This document shows, one piece after another, positions 18,610 through 28,280 of a DNA stretch of 64,000 bases (position 1 is its first letter; each line of letters begins with the position of its first letter). The position numbers and the translations under genes were made by a program. The notes under the pieces were generated by a model. The model did not search any database. It saw nothing but the letters and a program-made list of their open reading frames with translations, and was not told where the DNA came from. The stretch comes from Acidimicrobiia bacterium (GTDB taxonomy: Bacteria > Actinomycetota > Acidimicrobiia > Spongiisociales > ZC4RG35), in assembly GCA_965215185.1 (NCBI GenBank), contig OZ244034.1, positions 1,152,001 to 1,216,000 of the forward strand, in the 5' to 3' direction.

Positions 18610-20157
18610 CTACCGGGCGGAGGCGAGAACTTGGGCGCTGGCAAGGATTGCTGCAGTTTGAGCTCGGGTGATTGGTTGATAGGGGCAGAAGCGAGCCGGA
18701 TTGACGCCACATCCCTGGATGAGATCCGAGGAGGCAGCGATAGCAATGTTTACGGAATGGGAGTTCCTTGAGATGTCGGTGAAATCGACGCTGCTATCGC
18801 CGGTGATTGCGAAGGCGCGGACCACCAGAGACGCCATCTGACCTCTGGTAACCGAATCGTTTGGACAGAAACGGACAGGGTCGGTGGCGCATCCCCGGGT
18901 GACACCCAATGCGGCCAAGCGTTCCACATAGGGCGCCCACCACTGGCCTGTGTCGATGTCCCCGAACCGGGTCACCGGGATAGGCTCAAGCTCAACGCCC
19001 TCAAGAGCCCGGACAAGCCACACCGCCAATACCCAGCGTTGGATAGGATCACTGGGGCAAAGAAGCTCAGGGCCGCACTCCGTGTAGTCGAAAACTCCTT
19101 CACCCAAGAACGACTCAACTGCTGAGAGGTGACGGCCCGCAACGTCTCTGTAATGGTCGGGTTCGTGGAAAGCCGCCTCCGTCATGGTTTCCAAAGGTGG
19201 GTCCACACAATTGCCGGTGCCTCCACCGTACAGTCTCCTACTCGTGACGTGGGTTCCGTTGTAGCCAGAGCCCGGGTCGTCGGTGGTGAGATATCGCACG
19301 ATTCCATCAGCGATCGCTGAAGCTTCCACTGTTTGCACTGTCTCATCGGAGAGCAGTCGCTCTTCGGCCAGGTTGGACAGGTAGGCGGCTTCGGTTATCA
19401 CAGAAGTCATCCCCGGGGTGTATTGCAGGATGCCGTAGAAGTCTTTGCCGTCCCGTTGGCGGACAATGGCATTGGCCCCGCGGAAGACCGCCCGGCGCCA
19501 GTCGATGTCATATTGTGAAAGGCCATCGCGGATCTCTTCGTAGAGGATCCCGGCCAGGCGCATGGAGTTCGGATTGTTCGCGTGGTGGTAGGTTTCGGTG
19601 CCGGGTTCATCGGAGCGACGCGTGGCCCCGCTGTTGTGATGGATGGACACAAAAACATCGGGGTTCAGAGCGCGGGCGATCTCGGCACGTACCAGAATCG
19701 GCAACCGCACGTCTGTGGTACGAGTCAAGAACACACGGTAGCCTCGAGCCTCCAAAAAGGCGGCGGCCATCTTGGCGATCGACAGATTCAGGTCCTCTTC
19801 TCGGAGCCCCTCACGACCTATCATTCCTAGATCTTCTCCCCCATGGCCGGGATCGAGCACCACATCGACATCTGATATATAGGCGCCAGTGCTTACGACT
19901 GCCTGGTTCCAGCAGGGGGTGGTGACGAGGTAGCCGTCGGGCAGCACCTCCCGCACAGGCAGCACCAGCCCCGAGCCGGTTACGACAACACCGCCCCCGG
20001 ACGGGCTCGGCGCGGTATCGTGGGCCATGACCGAGGCGGGCACCAGCGTCGAGGCCACACCCACCAGCACCGACCCGACTACGAACTTCCTGTACCCGGC
20101 CCATCTGAATCCCAGGAACCGGCGACTTACCGCCGACCAACCTGAAATGATGTCCAT
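18610..20157 (-). CDS. N-acetylmuramoyl-L-alanine amidase (Amidase_3) with C-terminal SLH repeats
   Basis: VLDPGHGG, FVSIHHN, ITEAAYLSN. SLH-like RFCPNDSVTRGQMA and RFCPYQPITRAQTA. N-terminal hydrophobic segment. Start uncertain. Confidence 0.87.
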   Translation of the reverse strand: MDIISGWSAVSRRFLGFRWAGYRKFVVGSVLVGVASTLVPASVMAHDTAPSPSGGGVVVTGSGLVLPVREVLPDGYLVTTPCWNQAVVSTGAYISDVDVVLDPGHGGEDLGMIGREGLREEDLNLSIAKMAAAFLEARGYRVFLTRTTDVRLPILVRAEIARALNPDVFVSIHHNSGATRRSDEPGTETYHHANNPNSMRLAGILYEEIRDGLSQYDIDWRRAVFRGANAIVRQRDGKDFYGILQYTPGMTSVITEAAYLSNLAEERLLSDETVQTVEASAIADGIVRYLTTDDPGSGYNGTHVTSRRLYGGGTGNCVDPPLETMTEAAFHEPDHYRDVAGRHLSAVESFLGEGVFDYTECGPELLCPSDPIQRWVLAVWLVRALEGVELEPIPVTRFGDIDTGQWWAPYVERLAALGVTRGCATDPVRFCPNDSVTRGQMASLVVRAFAITGDSSVDFTDISRNSHSVNIAIAASSDLIQGCGVNPARFCPYQPITRAQTAAILASAQVLASAR

Positions 20158-20363
20158 AGGTGCTATAGCTGTTCTCCTATGGACATCCACTTTAGACGCC
20201 CGGATCGGAATCTCTATCAGCATCCCTTTCTTCAGTTCTATTCGGAGCAGAATTCCAAATTTGGAGCACATGGTGGGTTGGTGCAACCTCAGTGGAATGT
20301 GCATCTCATGCCAGCCTGTTGGGCCGAGGTTCGGGCATTTAGGAATATGGAAATAGCATTAAT

Positions 20364-21092
20364 GTGGTGTCTGATTCCAATATCCCTCAAGTGGGAGTCG
20401 ATAGCGACTTCTCAGGGCGAGACTCCGCCGCCCGAATCGCAGGGGCCCTTCTAATTGTGACTGCGGTGATTACCGCCATCTCCGCGGTAGGACGTCTCGT
20501 CGCCGATGCCGATCAGCCCACACTGGCAGAGTCATTGGAAGCCATATCGCTGAATGCCGGACTTTACGGGCTGGGGGGCGCGGCGCGCCTGGTGGCGGGG
20601 ATAACACTGCTAGCCGCCGCCCAGTCTCTATTGAGGACCTGGATAATCCGAAGGCGCCTGGACTCCCCTATGGTTCCCATCCTGTTCTCCGTGTCAGGCA
20701 TTTTCACCGCCATCTCCGGAATCTGCGCCCTCTTACTGGCTATCACAGTCCCTGACCTGTTTGTGGCAACGTCTGGATCTGAAGTAAGCCGGTTCCTAGA
20801 GGTCACCGAGCTTCTTCGGTGGCTAACCGGCAAGACCGGGTTCGCAATCGCAGGATTGGCACTGATCATCGCCTCGCGGTCTCAGTGGAAGGTCGGTGGA
20901 GCGTTGCGCCTCATTGCACCGGCATCGGCGATTCTCGGGGTGGCGATGCAGTTCATCTGGATAGACGCCGCCACTCTCCTGCATCCAATCGTGGGTGCTG
21001 CTTTCTTCGTCTGGCTCCTTGCTGTGGGCGCAATGCTATTGACCGGTCGCACCGAAAAGCTCTTCGCCCGGATGGCCCACGCACTCCCATGA
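20364..21092 (+). CDS. Integral membrane protein (possibly DUF4386-like)
   Basis: 242 aa with about 6 hydrophobic segments. Confidence 0.7.
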   Translation: MVSDSNIPQVGVDSDFSGRDSAARIAGALLIVTAVITAISAVGRLVADADQPTLAESLEAISLNAGLYGLGGAARLVAGITLLAAAQSLLRTWIIRRRLDSPMVPILFSVSGIFTAISGICALLLAITVPDLFVATSGSEVSRFLEVTELLRWLTGKTGFAIAGLALIIASRSQWKVGGALRLIAPASAILGVAMQFIWIDAATLLHPIVGAAFFVWLLAVGAMLLTGRTEKLFARMAHALP

Positions 21093-21282
21093 TTGGAGCC
21101 ACCAATACTCAGAAGAGAGGTGCTGGTTGATTTACCCAACAGGGCCCTCCCTTGAGGATCTTGTCTTGCCCTAGCCTCCCCGAGTTGACTCATGCGTTGC
21201 AGCATTTGAGAGGTCCCAAGATGCTACGGTCATAGCGGCGCCCTAAACCAACAGTATCAAGACACCGCTTTCTGATCTGTAG

Positions 21283-21417
21283 CACAACGCGTTAGATGCT
21301 TCGGGAAGAGCACAATCGGCGCCGCCGCTTGGCGTGGGAGTACTGGTGGCGATGGGAATGGCCTTGGCCGCGGTGGCCTCATGGTCGCTGCGCCGCACCG
21401 TCACCCGCATCTTTTGA
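21283..21417 (+). pseudogene. Orphan C-terminal membrane-anchor fragment
   Basis: Frame reads ...SAPPLGVGVLVAMGMALAAVASWSLRRTVTRIF* (TM helix plus basic tail) after an in-frame TAG at 21280. Confidence 0.3.
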
Positions 21418-21457
21418 CCTCCCCCCACCCCGCAGGATTGTCAGGCTTGCCGGGCGC

Positions 21458-22351
21458 TCAGATCTTGAAGCGAATGGCGGCCGGAATGCTGGATACTTTC
21501 ATCGGCGTGTAACCGATCAAGTCCCCGTCAGCTTCCACCGGCCAAGGTGGATCGGTGGTTATCTCGAAGCTCTCCCAACTCCTCCGCTGCACCCAGGGCT
21601 CTTTCAGATGCATTCCTTTGATGATCTTGGGGACCACCATCGGCAACTGGTACTTTCTGGCGGTGATGACCTGCAGATCCAAGCGGTTGTCCACCAGGTT
21701 GGCCTTGGGCGCTATGTTCCATTTCCAAGCAAAGAACTGGGCGTTGGCCACAATCACCGCCAAGGCGTCGGCAGAAATGGCGCGTCGGCGACCTTGGACC
21801 GTCACCATGGCTCGGGGAAACCCAGGCAACCGGGCCAGGAACGCCAACCCATAGCGGGACGCTCCCACCCAGGCCGGAAGCTTGCCAGCGGTCTCGGCCG
21901 CGGCGGCGCCCACTCCGGCCTCGGCCACATTGACGAAAAACCGCCGACCCCAAGAGCCTTCCAGGCATCCGACATCAATGTCGTACCAGCCGGAGGAGCC
22001 TAGACGGGAAGCGGCTTCGCTCAACTGCCGGGACAACCCGAAGGTTCGGATGAAATCGCAGGCAGTCCCGCAGGGAAGCATGGCCACTCGGGGAGGCTCT
22101 GACCATTGCTCCGCACACAAGGCATTCACCGCCAGGCTGAGGGTGCCGTCACCACCCGCCACCGCCACCCGACCTTCGGAAGACACCACCTCCACCACCC
22201 GCTCAGCCATCCATTCTGGCGATCGGGGCAACTCCACCCGGGCGGTAATACCCTGGCTGGTCAACGTATCTTCAAGGACCTGCGGAGAAACCTTTCCCCG
22301 GCCCGCCCTCAGATTGAAGAGCACGGTCCAGTCGGTGAAGCTCTCCGTCAC
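21458..22351 (-). CDS. Diacylglycerol kinase family lipid kinase
   Basis: VAGGDGT, LPCGTACDF, VEADGD. Confidence 0.88.
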   Translation of the reverse strand: MTESFTDWTVLFNLRAGRGKVSPQVLEDTLTSQGITARVELPRSPEWMAERVVEVVSSEGRVAVAGGDGTLSLAVNALCAEQWSEPPRVAMLPCGTACDFIRTFGLSRQLSEAASRLGSSGWYDIDVGCLEGSWGRRFFVNVAEAGVGAAAAETAGKLPAWVGASRYGLAFLARLPGFPRAMVTVQGRRRAISADALAVIVANAQFFAWKWNIAPKANLVDNRLDLQVITARKYQLPMVVPKIIKGMHLKEPWVQRRSWESFEITTDPPWPVEADGDLIGYTPMKVSSIPAAIRFKI

Positions 22352-22372
22352 CGTTGTGTGACCGTCTGGGCG

Positions 22373-22609
22373 CTAGGCCAGAAGCCAGATGAGTGCGACA
22401 GTGGTCACCGCAAACCCGACGACCGTCATAACGGTGAGACGACTCAGATTGCGCTCGGCCACAATGGATCCTCCCACTGAAGAATTCATCCCACCGCCGA
22501 ATGCGTCGGAGAGCCCGCCGCCTCGCCCGGAGTGCAAGAGAATCAACACGATCAAACCAAGAGAGAGCAGCACATGAATCGTGATCACAACCACTTGCAA
22601 AATAGCCAT
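22373..22609 (-). CDS. secG: Preprotein translocase subunit SecG
   Basis: ILLHSGRGGGLSDAFGGG and AERNLSRLT, two TM helices. Confidence 0.95.
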   Translation of the reverse strand: MAILQVVVITIHVLLSLGLIVLILLHSGRGGGLSDAFGGGMNSSVGGSIVAERNLSRLTVMTVVGFAVTTVALIWLLA

Positions 22610-22614
22610 AGCGC

Positions 22615-23361
22615 TTATTCTATCGCGGCTTGCGCAGCCACTGCCGCCGCCGCGGCCTTGGCGGCTTCCGGATCGCCCAGATACCTGGATCCGGCAGGCC
22701 GCAGGCCCGCGTCCACTTCATATAACAGCGGGATCCCTGTGGGGATATTCAATGCAGAGATCTCCTTTTCAGAGATGTCTTCCAAGTGCTTCAAAAGGGC
22801 TCGGAGGCTGTTTCCATGCGCCACCACCAAGGGTGTCGTCCCTCGGCGCAGTTGTGGGACTATCCGGTCGTGCCAGTAGGGAAGGAAACGGTCGACCACG
22901 TCCTTCAGGCACTCGGTGGCGGGAAGCAATTCGGGCGCCAGGTCGGCGTAGGCGGAGTCGAAACGGGGATGGCGAGGGTCGTCCGGCGCCACAGGTGGAG
23001 GTCGAACGTCGTAGCTGCGCCGCCAGATGTGTACCTGGTCGGCGCCGTGCTCAAGGGAGGTCTGTTTTTTGTTCAAGCCCTGTAGAGCCCCGTAATGCCG
23101 TTCGTTGAGACGCCAATGGCGCATCACCGGAAGCCAGGCCAGCCCCATTTCGGCCAACGCCAATTCGGCGGTGCGGATGGAGCGGAGCAACATCGAAGTG
23201 TGCACCACTTCGAAACGCAGGCCCTCCTGTTTCATTAGCCGCCCGGCCGACCGGGCTTCCGCCTCGCCCTGAGGGGTGAGGTCAACATTCGTCCACCCAG
23301 AGAACTGATTGGACAGATTCCACTCCGACTGCCCATGGCGAAGTAACACCATTCTGTACAT
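22615..23361 (-). CDS. gpmA: 2,3-bisphosphoglycerate-dependent phosphoglycerate mutase
   Basis: [39 protein letters not shown]. Confidence 0.96.
   Translation of the reverse strand: MYRMVLLRHGQSEWNLSNQFSGWTNVDLTPQGEAEARSAGRLMKQEGLRFEVVHTSMLLRSIRTAELALAEMGLAWLPVMRHWRLNERHYGALQGLNKKQTSLEHGADQVHIWRRSYDVRPPPVAPDDPRHPRFDSAYADLAPELLPATECLKDVVDRFLPYWHDRIVPQLRRGTTPLVVAHGNSLRALLKHLEDISEKEISALNIPTGIPLLYEVDAGLRPAGSRYLGDPEAAKAAAAAVAAQAAIE
22617..22622 (-). promoter_or_regulatory. Putative -10 box (TAGAAT) for leaderless secG
   Basis: TANNNT 7 nt upstream of the ATG, overlapping the end of gpmA. Confidence 0.45.
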
Positions 23362-23477
23362 GCGAGGTCAGGCTACCGGAATCCCGTCTCGACAACCAGC
23401 CGACGTTGCAAGATGTGCGCAAATGACCTCGAATGCCCCCGTAAAATGGCGCCTGGCACTGCGTTTTGTTACCGGTA

Positions 23478-24248
23478 TTACATCCAGTACCGGGCCACGG
23501 CCGCGAAGGTGTCGGGATCGAGGCTGGCGCCCCCCACCAAGGCGCCGTCGATGTGGCGCTTGGCCATGAATGCGGCCACGTTGCCGGGGTTGACCGACCC
23601 CCCATAGAGAATCCTCACTTGCTCGCCGGCTTCGACGCCGCCCATGGCCGTCACCGTGTCCCGCAGCAGGTTGCACACCTCGTCGGCGTTGCCGGCGCTG
23701 GCGTGTCGACCGGTGCCGATCGCCCACACCGGTTCGTAGGCCACCGTTATCGACCGGCGTTGCTCGGAGGTAAGCCGCCGCAGCGCTCCGCGCAGCTGGG
23801 TGGTCACCACCCGGTCGGTCTCCCCGGCCTCCCGCTGGGAGAGAGTCTCGCCTACGCACACCACCGGCGTCATGTCCGCCGCCAAAACTGCCCGCACCCG
23901 TTTGTTGACCAGTTCGTCGGTCTCGGCGAACATTGCCCGCCGCTCCGAGTGCCCGACGATCACATAGCCGACATCCAGCTTGGCGAGCATGCTGGCCGAT
24001 ACTTCGCCGGTGAAAGCCCCCTCATTCTGCCAGTGGACATGCTGCGCGCCTAACCCAAAGGGCATCCGGTCGGCCATGATCAGGGTCTGGACAGTGCGAA
24101 GGCAGGTGAACGGCGGAGCGATCACCACCTCGGTACGGTCGAAGTCGGCGGCATCCAGCCGATACCAGAGCTTTTGAACTACCGCGATGGCCTCCAAATG
24201 AGTGAGGTTCATCTTCCAGTTGCCCATAATCAAACTTTTACGTGTCAT
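23478..24248 (-). CDS. tpiA: Triosephosphate isomerase
   Basis: GNWKMN, GHSERR, AYEPVWAIGTG, LVGGASL. Start at ATG 24248. Confidence 0.97.
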   Translation of the reverse strand: MTRKSLIMGNWKMNLTHLEAIAVVQKLWYRLDAADFDRTEVVIAPPFTCLRTVQTLIMADRMPFGLGAQHVHWQNEGAFTGEVSASMLAKLDVGYVIVGHSERRAMFAETDELVNKRVRAVLAADMTPVVCVGETLSQREAGETDRVVTTQLRGALRRLTSEQRRSITVAYEPVWAIGTGRHASAGNADEVCNLLRDTVTAMGGVEAGEQVRILYGGSVNPGNVAAFMAKRHIDGALVGGASLDPDTFAAVARYWM

Positions 24249-24256
24249 ATGCGCTC

Positions 24257-25438
24257 CTAAGGTACCCACTTCTTCAAGATCTCCACACCCGGTAGGGGCG
24301 TGCCCTTCAACAGCCGCAACCCCGCTCCGCCGCCAGTAGAGAGATGGGACACCTGATTTTCCAACCTCAGCAGCCGAACAGCGGCAGCTGAGTCTCCCCC
24401 ACCTACCACCGAGAAGGCTTCCGAGGAAGCCACCGCTCGGGCCACTACGTCGGTTCCCGATCGGAAAGCTTCCCACTCGAAGACTCCCATCGGCCCGTTC
24501 CAGAAGATACTCCCCGCTCCTTTACACACCTGCGCAATGCTCCGGGCGGTGACGGGACCGATATCCAAGCCCATCTCATTATCTTCGATGGTCCGGGCGT
24601 CGGTCACCCGGTGTTTGGCATCGGCCCTGAATTTCCGGGTTACCACCATGTCTTCGGGGAGTAGCACCTTCCCGCCTTGAGGTCCTCGTAGCAACTCGAC
24701 GACAGAGGGCACCATCTCTTTCTCAACAAGGCTCTTTCCAATCGCATATCCCTCGGCCCGCAGCGCCGTGAAGGCCATTGCGCCTCCTATCGCCAACACA
24801 TCACACATCTTCACCAAGGTGGAGAGCACCCCCAGCTTGTCAGAGACTTTGGCCCCGCCCATGATCACCACAAATGGGCGGGGTGGATCTCTCAACAGAC
24901 TGCCCATCGCCTCCAGTTCAGTAGCCAATAACGGACCGGCCACCGAACGCACCTGCGCCGCCACCCCCACCGTGGAAGCGTGAGCGCGGTGAACAGAGCC
25001 GAACGCATCCTGGCAGAACAGATCGGCCAGCTCCGCCAACTGAGCCCCCAGCCCCGGATCGTTGGATGTCTCTCCGGGATGGAATCGGGTGTTCTCCAGC
25101 AGAAACACCTCCCCTGGTCGTCCCTGGAGGACTGCTTCGGTGGCTTGCGGTCCGGCCACCACCGGCAGGTGTCTAACAGGAAAGCCGCCCAGTTGCTCCA
25201 TGCGCCGGGCCACCGGGCCCAGGCTGTAGCAAGGATCAGGTCCCTTGGGGCGGCCCAGGTGGCTGCACACCACCACCACTGCCCCTTGGGAACGAAGCCT
25301 TTCCACCACGCCCAGCGAGGCCCGGATGCGAAAGTCGTCGGCCACCTCCCCATCGGCCAGCGGTGTGTTTAGGTCAGCGCGGACCAGTACCCGGCGTCCG
25401 CCGGCCTCGACATTGTCGAGGGTCAGATACTCGGGCAT
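24257..25438 (-). CDS. pgk: Phosphoglycerate kinase
   Basis: VRADLN, SHLGRPKG, LENTRF, GGAKVSDK, WNGPMGVFE, STGGGA. Confidence 0.97.
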   Translation of the reverse strand: MPEYLTLDNVEAGGRRVLVRADLNTPLADGEVADDFRIRASLGVVERLRSQGAVVVVCSHLGRPKGPDPCYSLGPVARRMEQLGGFPVRHLPVVAGPQATEAVLQGRPGEVFLLENTRFHPGETSNDPGLGAQLAELADLFCQDAFGSVHRAHASTVGVAAQVRSVAGPLLATELEAMGSLLRDPPRPFVVIMGGAKVSDKLGVLSTLVKMCDVLAIGGAMAFTALRAEGYAIGKSLVEKEMVPSVVELLRGPQGGKVLLPEDMVVTRKFRADAKHRVTDARTIEDNEMGLDIGPVTARSIAQVCKGAGSIFWNGPMGVFEWEAFRSGTDVVARAVASSEAFSVVGGGDSAAAVRLLRLENQVSHLSTGGGAGLRLLKGTPLPGVEILKKWVP

Positions 25439-25540
25439 CGGTCAAGCAGGGTCATGGGGATTCACATTTGCAGCCACGACTCTCATCGGCACGAGGGGTC
25501 GTTCACTACGGAGAAACTGCTATTTGGCGCCTGCGGCGAC

Positions 25541-26434
25541 TCATCCTGCGCCCACATCCCGATGGAAGACAGAGACCTCGACACGGTGGAGGGCCAGGCG
25601 ACGCCATAATTCCTCCGCGATCGCCACCGATCGATGCCGCCCGCCAGTGCATCCCACGGCAATGGTCAGATAGGACTTGCCCTCGGCTCGGTAGCGGGGC
25701 GCCAGGAACAGCAGCAGTTCCATCACCCGTTCCAAGAAGCCGGTGGTGTCAGGGTTATCGAGCACAAAGGCGGCCACCTCCGAATCGGTTCCGGTCTTGG
25801 GTCGCAGTTCCGGTTTCCAATGCGGGTTGGGCAGGAACCGAACATCGAACACCACATCGGCGTCGCGTGGCAGCCCGTTCTTATACCCGAAGGAGATGAG
25901 CGAGATTTGCATGGCCCGGGCCTTCCCCTCCGCGCCGAATCGGGCGATCACCCGTTCCCGGAGTTGGTGAATGTTGAAGTCAGAAGTGTCGATAATCAGA
26001 TCGGACGCAGCCCTCAATCCCGACAGGAGTCGGCGTTCGGCGGAGATTGCCGCCGGGAGAGATTCACCACCCTGGGGATGCGGTCGCCGGGTCTCCTCGT
26101 AGCGGCGGATCAGCACCCGATCTTCGGCGTCAAGGAAGACCACCCCTGGGCTGATCCCGAGTCCTCCCAGTTGGTCAACCGCCCGGCCGATCACTTCCTC
26201 GGGACTGAGGTGGGATTCCCACGACCGTATCACCATGGCCAGGGGGGCGGTCTTAGTAACTCCCTTGTCCCGGGATGCGACTTCCACGACCATTACCGGA
26301 GGAAGATTGTCGATCACCCGATAGGAGAGATCCTCCAGAATCCGGGCCACCGATCCCCGACCGGCGCCCGACATACCGGTGATCAGTAGCATTTCAGGCT
26401 GATGCTCCGAAGGGGACGCAAGGGGTCCGCCCAC
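25541..26434 (-). CDS. rapZ: RNase adapter / P-loop NTPase RapZ (YvcJ)
   Basis: TGMSGAG, DNLP, TRRPHP, SFGYKNG, DVRFLPNP, GCTGGRHRS. Confidence 0.95.
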   Translation of the reverse strand: MGGPLASPSEHQPEMLLITGMSGAGRGSVARILEDLSYRVIDNLPPVMVVEVASRDKGVTKTAPLAMVIRSWESHLSPEEVIGRAVDQLGGLGISPGVVFLDAEDRVLIRRYEETRRPHPQGGESLPAAISAERRLLSGLRAASDLIIDTSDFNIHQLRERVIARFGAEGKARAMQISLISFGYKNGLPRDADVVFDVRFLPNPHWKPELRPKTGTDSEVAAFVLDNPDTTGFLERVMELLLFLAPRYRAEGKSYLTIAVGCTGGRHRSVAIAEELWRRLALHRVEVSVFHRDVGAG

Positions 26435-26440
26435 TGGCTC

Positions 26441-28267
26441 CTACTTCCCGTGCAGCAGCAGATGCAGGTCGTCGGCCACCGCGGCGGGTACCACCTCGGC
26501 CAACTCTGCCACCTCCGCCTCCCGGAGGCGTCGCAGCGACCCGAATTTGCGCAGCAACGCCCGCTTGCGGACCGGGCCGATACCCGGCGCTTCGTCCAAC
26601 AATGAATCCAACATCCCCTTGGAGCGGAGTTTACGGTGATACTCCACCGCAAACCGGTGAGCCTCGTCACGAATCCGTTGCAGTATGTAGAGTGCCTCCG
26701 CTCGGCGGGAGATGCGGAGAGGCTCGGCCAGGTCGGGAAAGTAGACCTCTTCCATCCGTTTGGCCAACCCCACCACCGGGATGTCCAACCCCAGTTCGTC
26801 CAACACCCTCACCGCCCTTCCCAGTTGCCCGATGCCCCCGTCGATCACCACCAGGGAAGGCGGATAGCGAAAGCGGCTGTGCTCCTGGGCGGGGAGTTTG
26901 CGATCGGCCAGATAGGCGGTGAACCTGCGGCGGATCGCTTCTTCCATGGAAGCGAAGTCGTCCTGTCCCCGCACCTTTCGGATCTTGAAGCGCCGGTATT
27001 CCGACTTGCGCGGCAAGCCGTCTTCCACCACCACCATGGACGCGACGGTGTGGGTTCCCATCAGGGTTGAGACGTCGAAAGCCTCGATCCGCAACGGGGG
27101 TTCCGGCAACCCCAGCACCTCCTGAAGACTGCGAAGCCCCCGGGCGCGGGCGTTGTGATCGGACTGGCGCCGCAGGCGGTGCCTTCCGAACTTCTCTCGG
27201 GCGTTGGCCACGGCCGTTTCCATCAGCCGACGTTTGGCGCCCCTCTGGGGCACCCGCAATTCCACTGGACCTCCCCGCCGTTCCACCAGCCATGCTCTGA
27301 AGGTCTCGGGGTCGGGTGGTAGATCGCCGATCATCACCAGCGGTGCGGGCACACGATCCCCGTAGAGTTCTCGGAGGATCGATCCGGCCAATTCCCGCTC
27401 GTTCACCTCCTCCACGCGGTCCACCACCGATCCCAGTTGACCCACCACCCGCCCTCGGCGAACAAACAGCACCCAGATAGCAGTCTCCAACTCGTCGCCG
27501 TGCCCGGCAATCAGGTCAAAATCCTCGCGGCGGTCGGTGACCATCTCCTGGCGGGCCAAGGCCTTCTCCAAATCGGCCAGCCGGTCACGGTAACGGGCGG
27601 CGGACTCATATTCCAGGGCCTCCGATGATTGGTGCATTCGGGTGGTGATTTCCTCCACCACCTGATCCACATCACCCTGGAGAAACCCGGCAAGGCCGTT
27701 CACCGCCTCCTGATAATCCTCCTCGGAGACCTCGCCCACGCACGGCCCCGAGCACTTTTCGATGTGAAAGAGCAGACAGGGACGGCCCTGGAGCTGTTGC
27801 CGACGGAACAAGGAGTCCGAGCAGGTGCGAACCGGAAAGGTGCGTAACACCAGATCGAGCGTCTTGCGAATGGCGTAAGTGTGAGCATATGGACCGTAGT
27901 AAGCCGTCCCCTTGCGTCGGCGTCCCCTCATCACATGGGCACGAGGCCACTGATCCGAAAGGGTGATAGCCAGATAGGGATAACTCTTGTCATCCCGCAG
28001 CCGGATGTTGAAACGGGGCCGATGCGCTTTGATCAGAGAATACTCCAACATGATCGCCTCCACCTCCGAAGAGGCGACGATCCACTCCACATCCCGCGCC
28101 GATTTCACCATCGCCGAGGTGCGCAATTGCAATTCCCGCCCGAAGTAGGAGGCCACCCGCTTGCGGAGCGACTTGGCTTTGCCGACATAGATGACCCGCC
28201 CGTCACCGTCCCGAAAAAGGTAGGCGCCCGGAGCGTCGGGAATCTCAGCGGAGGGGGGACGGTCCAT
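26441..28267 (-). CDS. uvrC: Excinuclease ABC subunit C
   Basis: GIY-YIG motif IYVGKAKSLRKRV, DDKSYPY, IDGGIGQL, RDEAHRFA, HhH tail. Confidence 0.97.
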   Translation of the reverse strand: MDRPPSAEIPDAPGAYLFRDGDGRVIYVGKAKSLRKRVASYFGRELQLRTSAMVKSARDVEWIVASSEVEAIMLEYSLIKAHRPRFNIRLRDDKSYPYLAITLSDQWPRAHVMRGRRRKGTAYYGPYAHTYAIRKTLDLVLRTFPVRTCSDSLFRRQQLQGRPCLLFHIEKCSGPCVGEVSEEDYQEAVNGLAGFLQGDVDQVVEEITTRMHQSSEALEYESAARYRDRLADLEKALARQEMVTDRREDFDLIAGHGDELETAIWVLFVRRGRVVGQLGSVVDRVEEVNERELAGSILRELYGDRVPAPLVMIGDLPPDPETFRAWLVERRGGPVELRVPQRGAKRRLMETAVANAREKFGRHRLRRQSDHNARARGLRSLQEVLGLPEPPLRIEAFDVSTLMGTHTVASMVVVEDGLPRKSEYRRFKIRKVRGQDDFASMEEAIRRRFTAYLADRKLPAQEHSRFRYPPSLVVIDGGIGQLGRAVRVLDELGLDIPVVGLAKRMEEVYFPDLAEPLRISRRAEALYILQRIRDEAHRFAVEYHRKLRSKGMLDSLLDEAPGIGPVRKRALLRKFGSLRRLREAEVAELAEVVPAAVADDLHLLLHGK

Positions 28268-28280
28268 CCCTTGTCCCAGG

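Noticed and set aside
21130-21250. Possible structured RNA or tRNA downstream of the secG block
   Set aside because: Only a short imperfect stem. No cloverleaf, T-loop or recognisable ncRNA motif.
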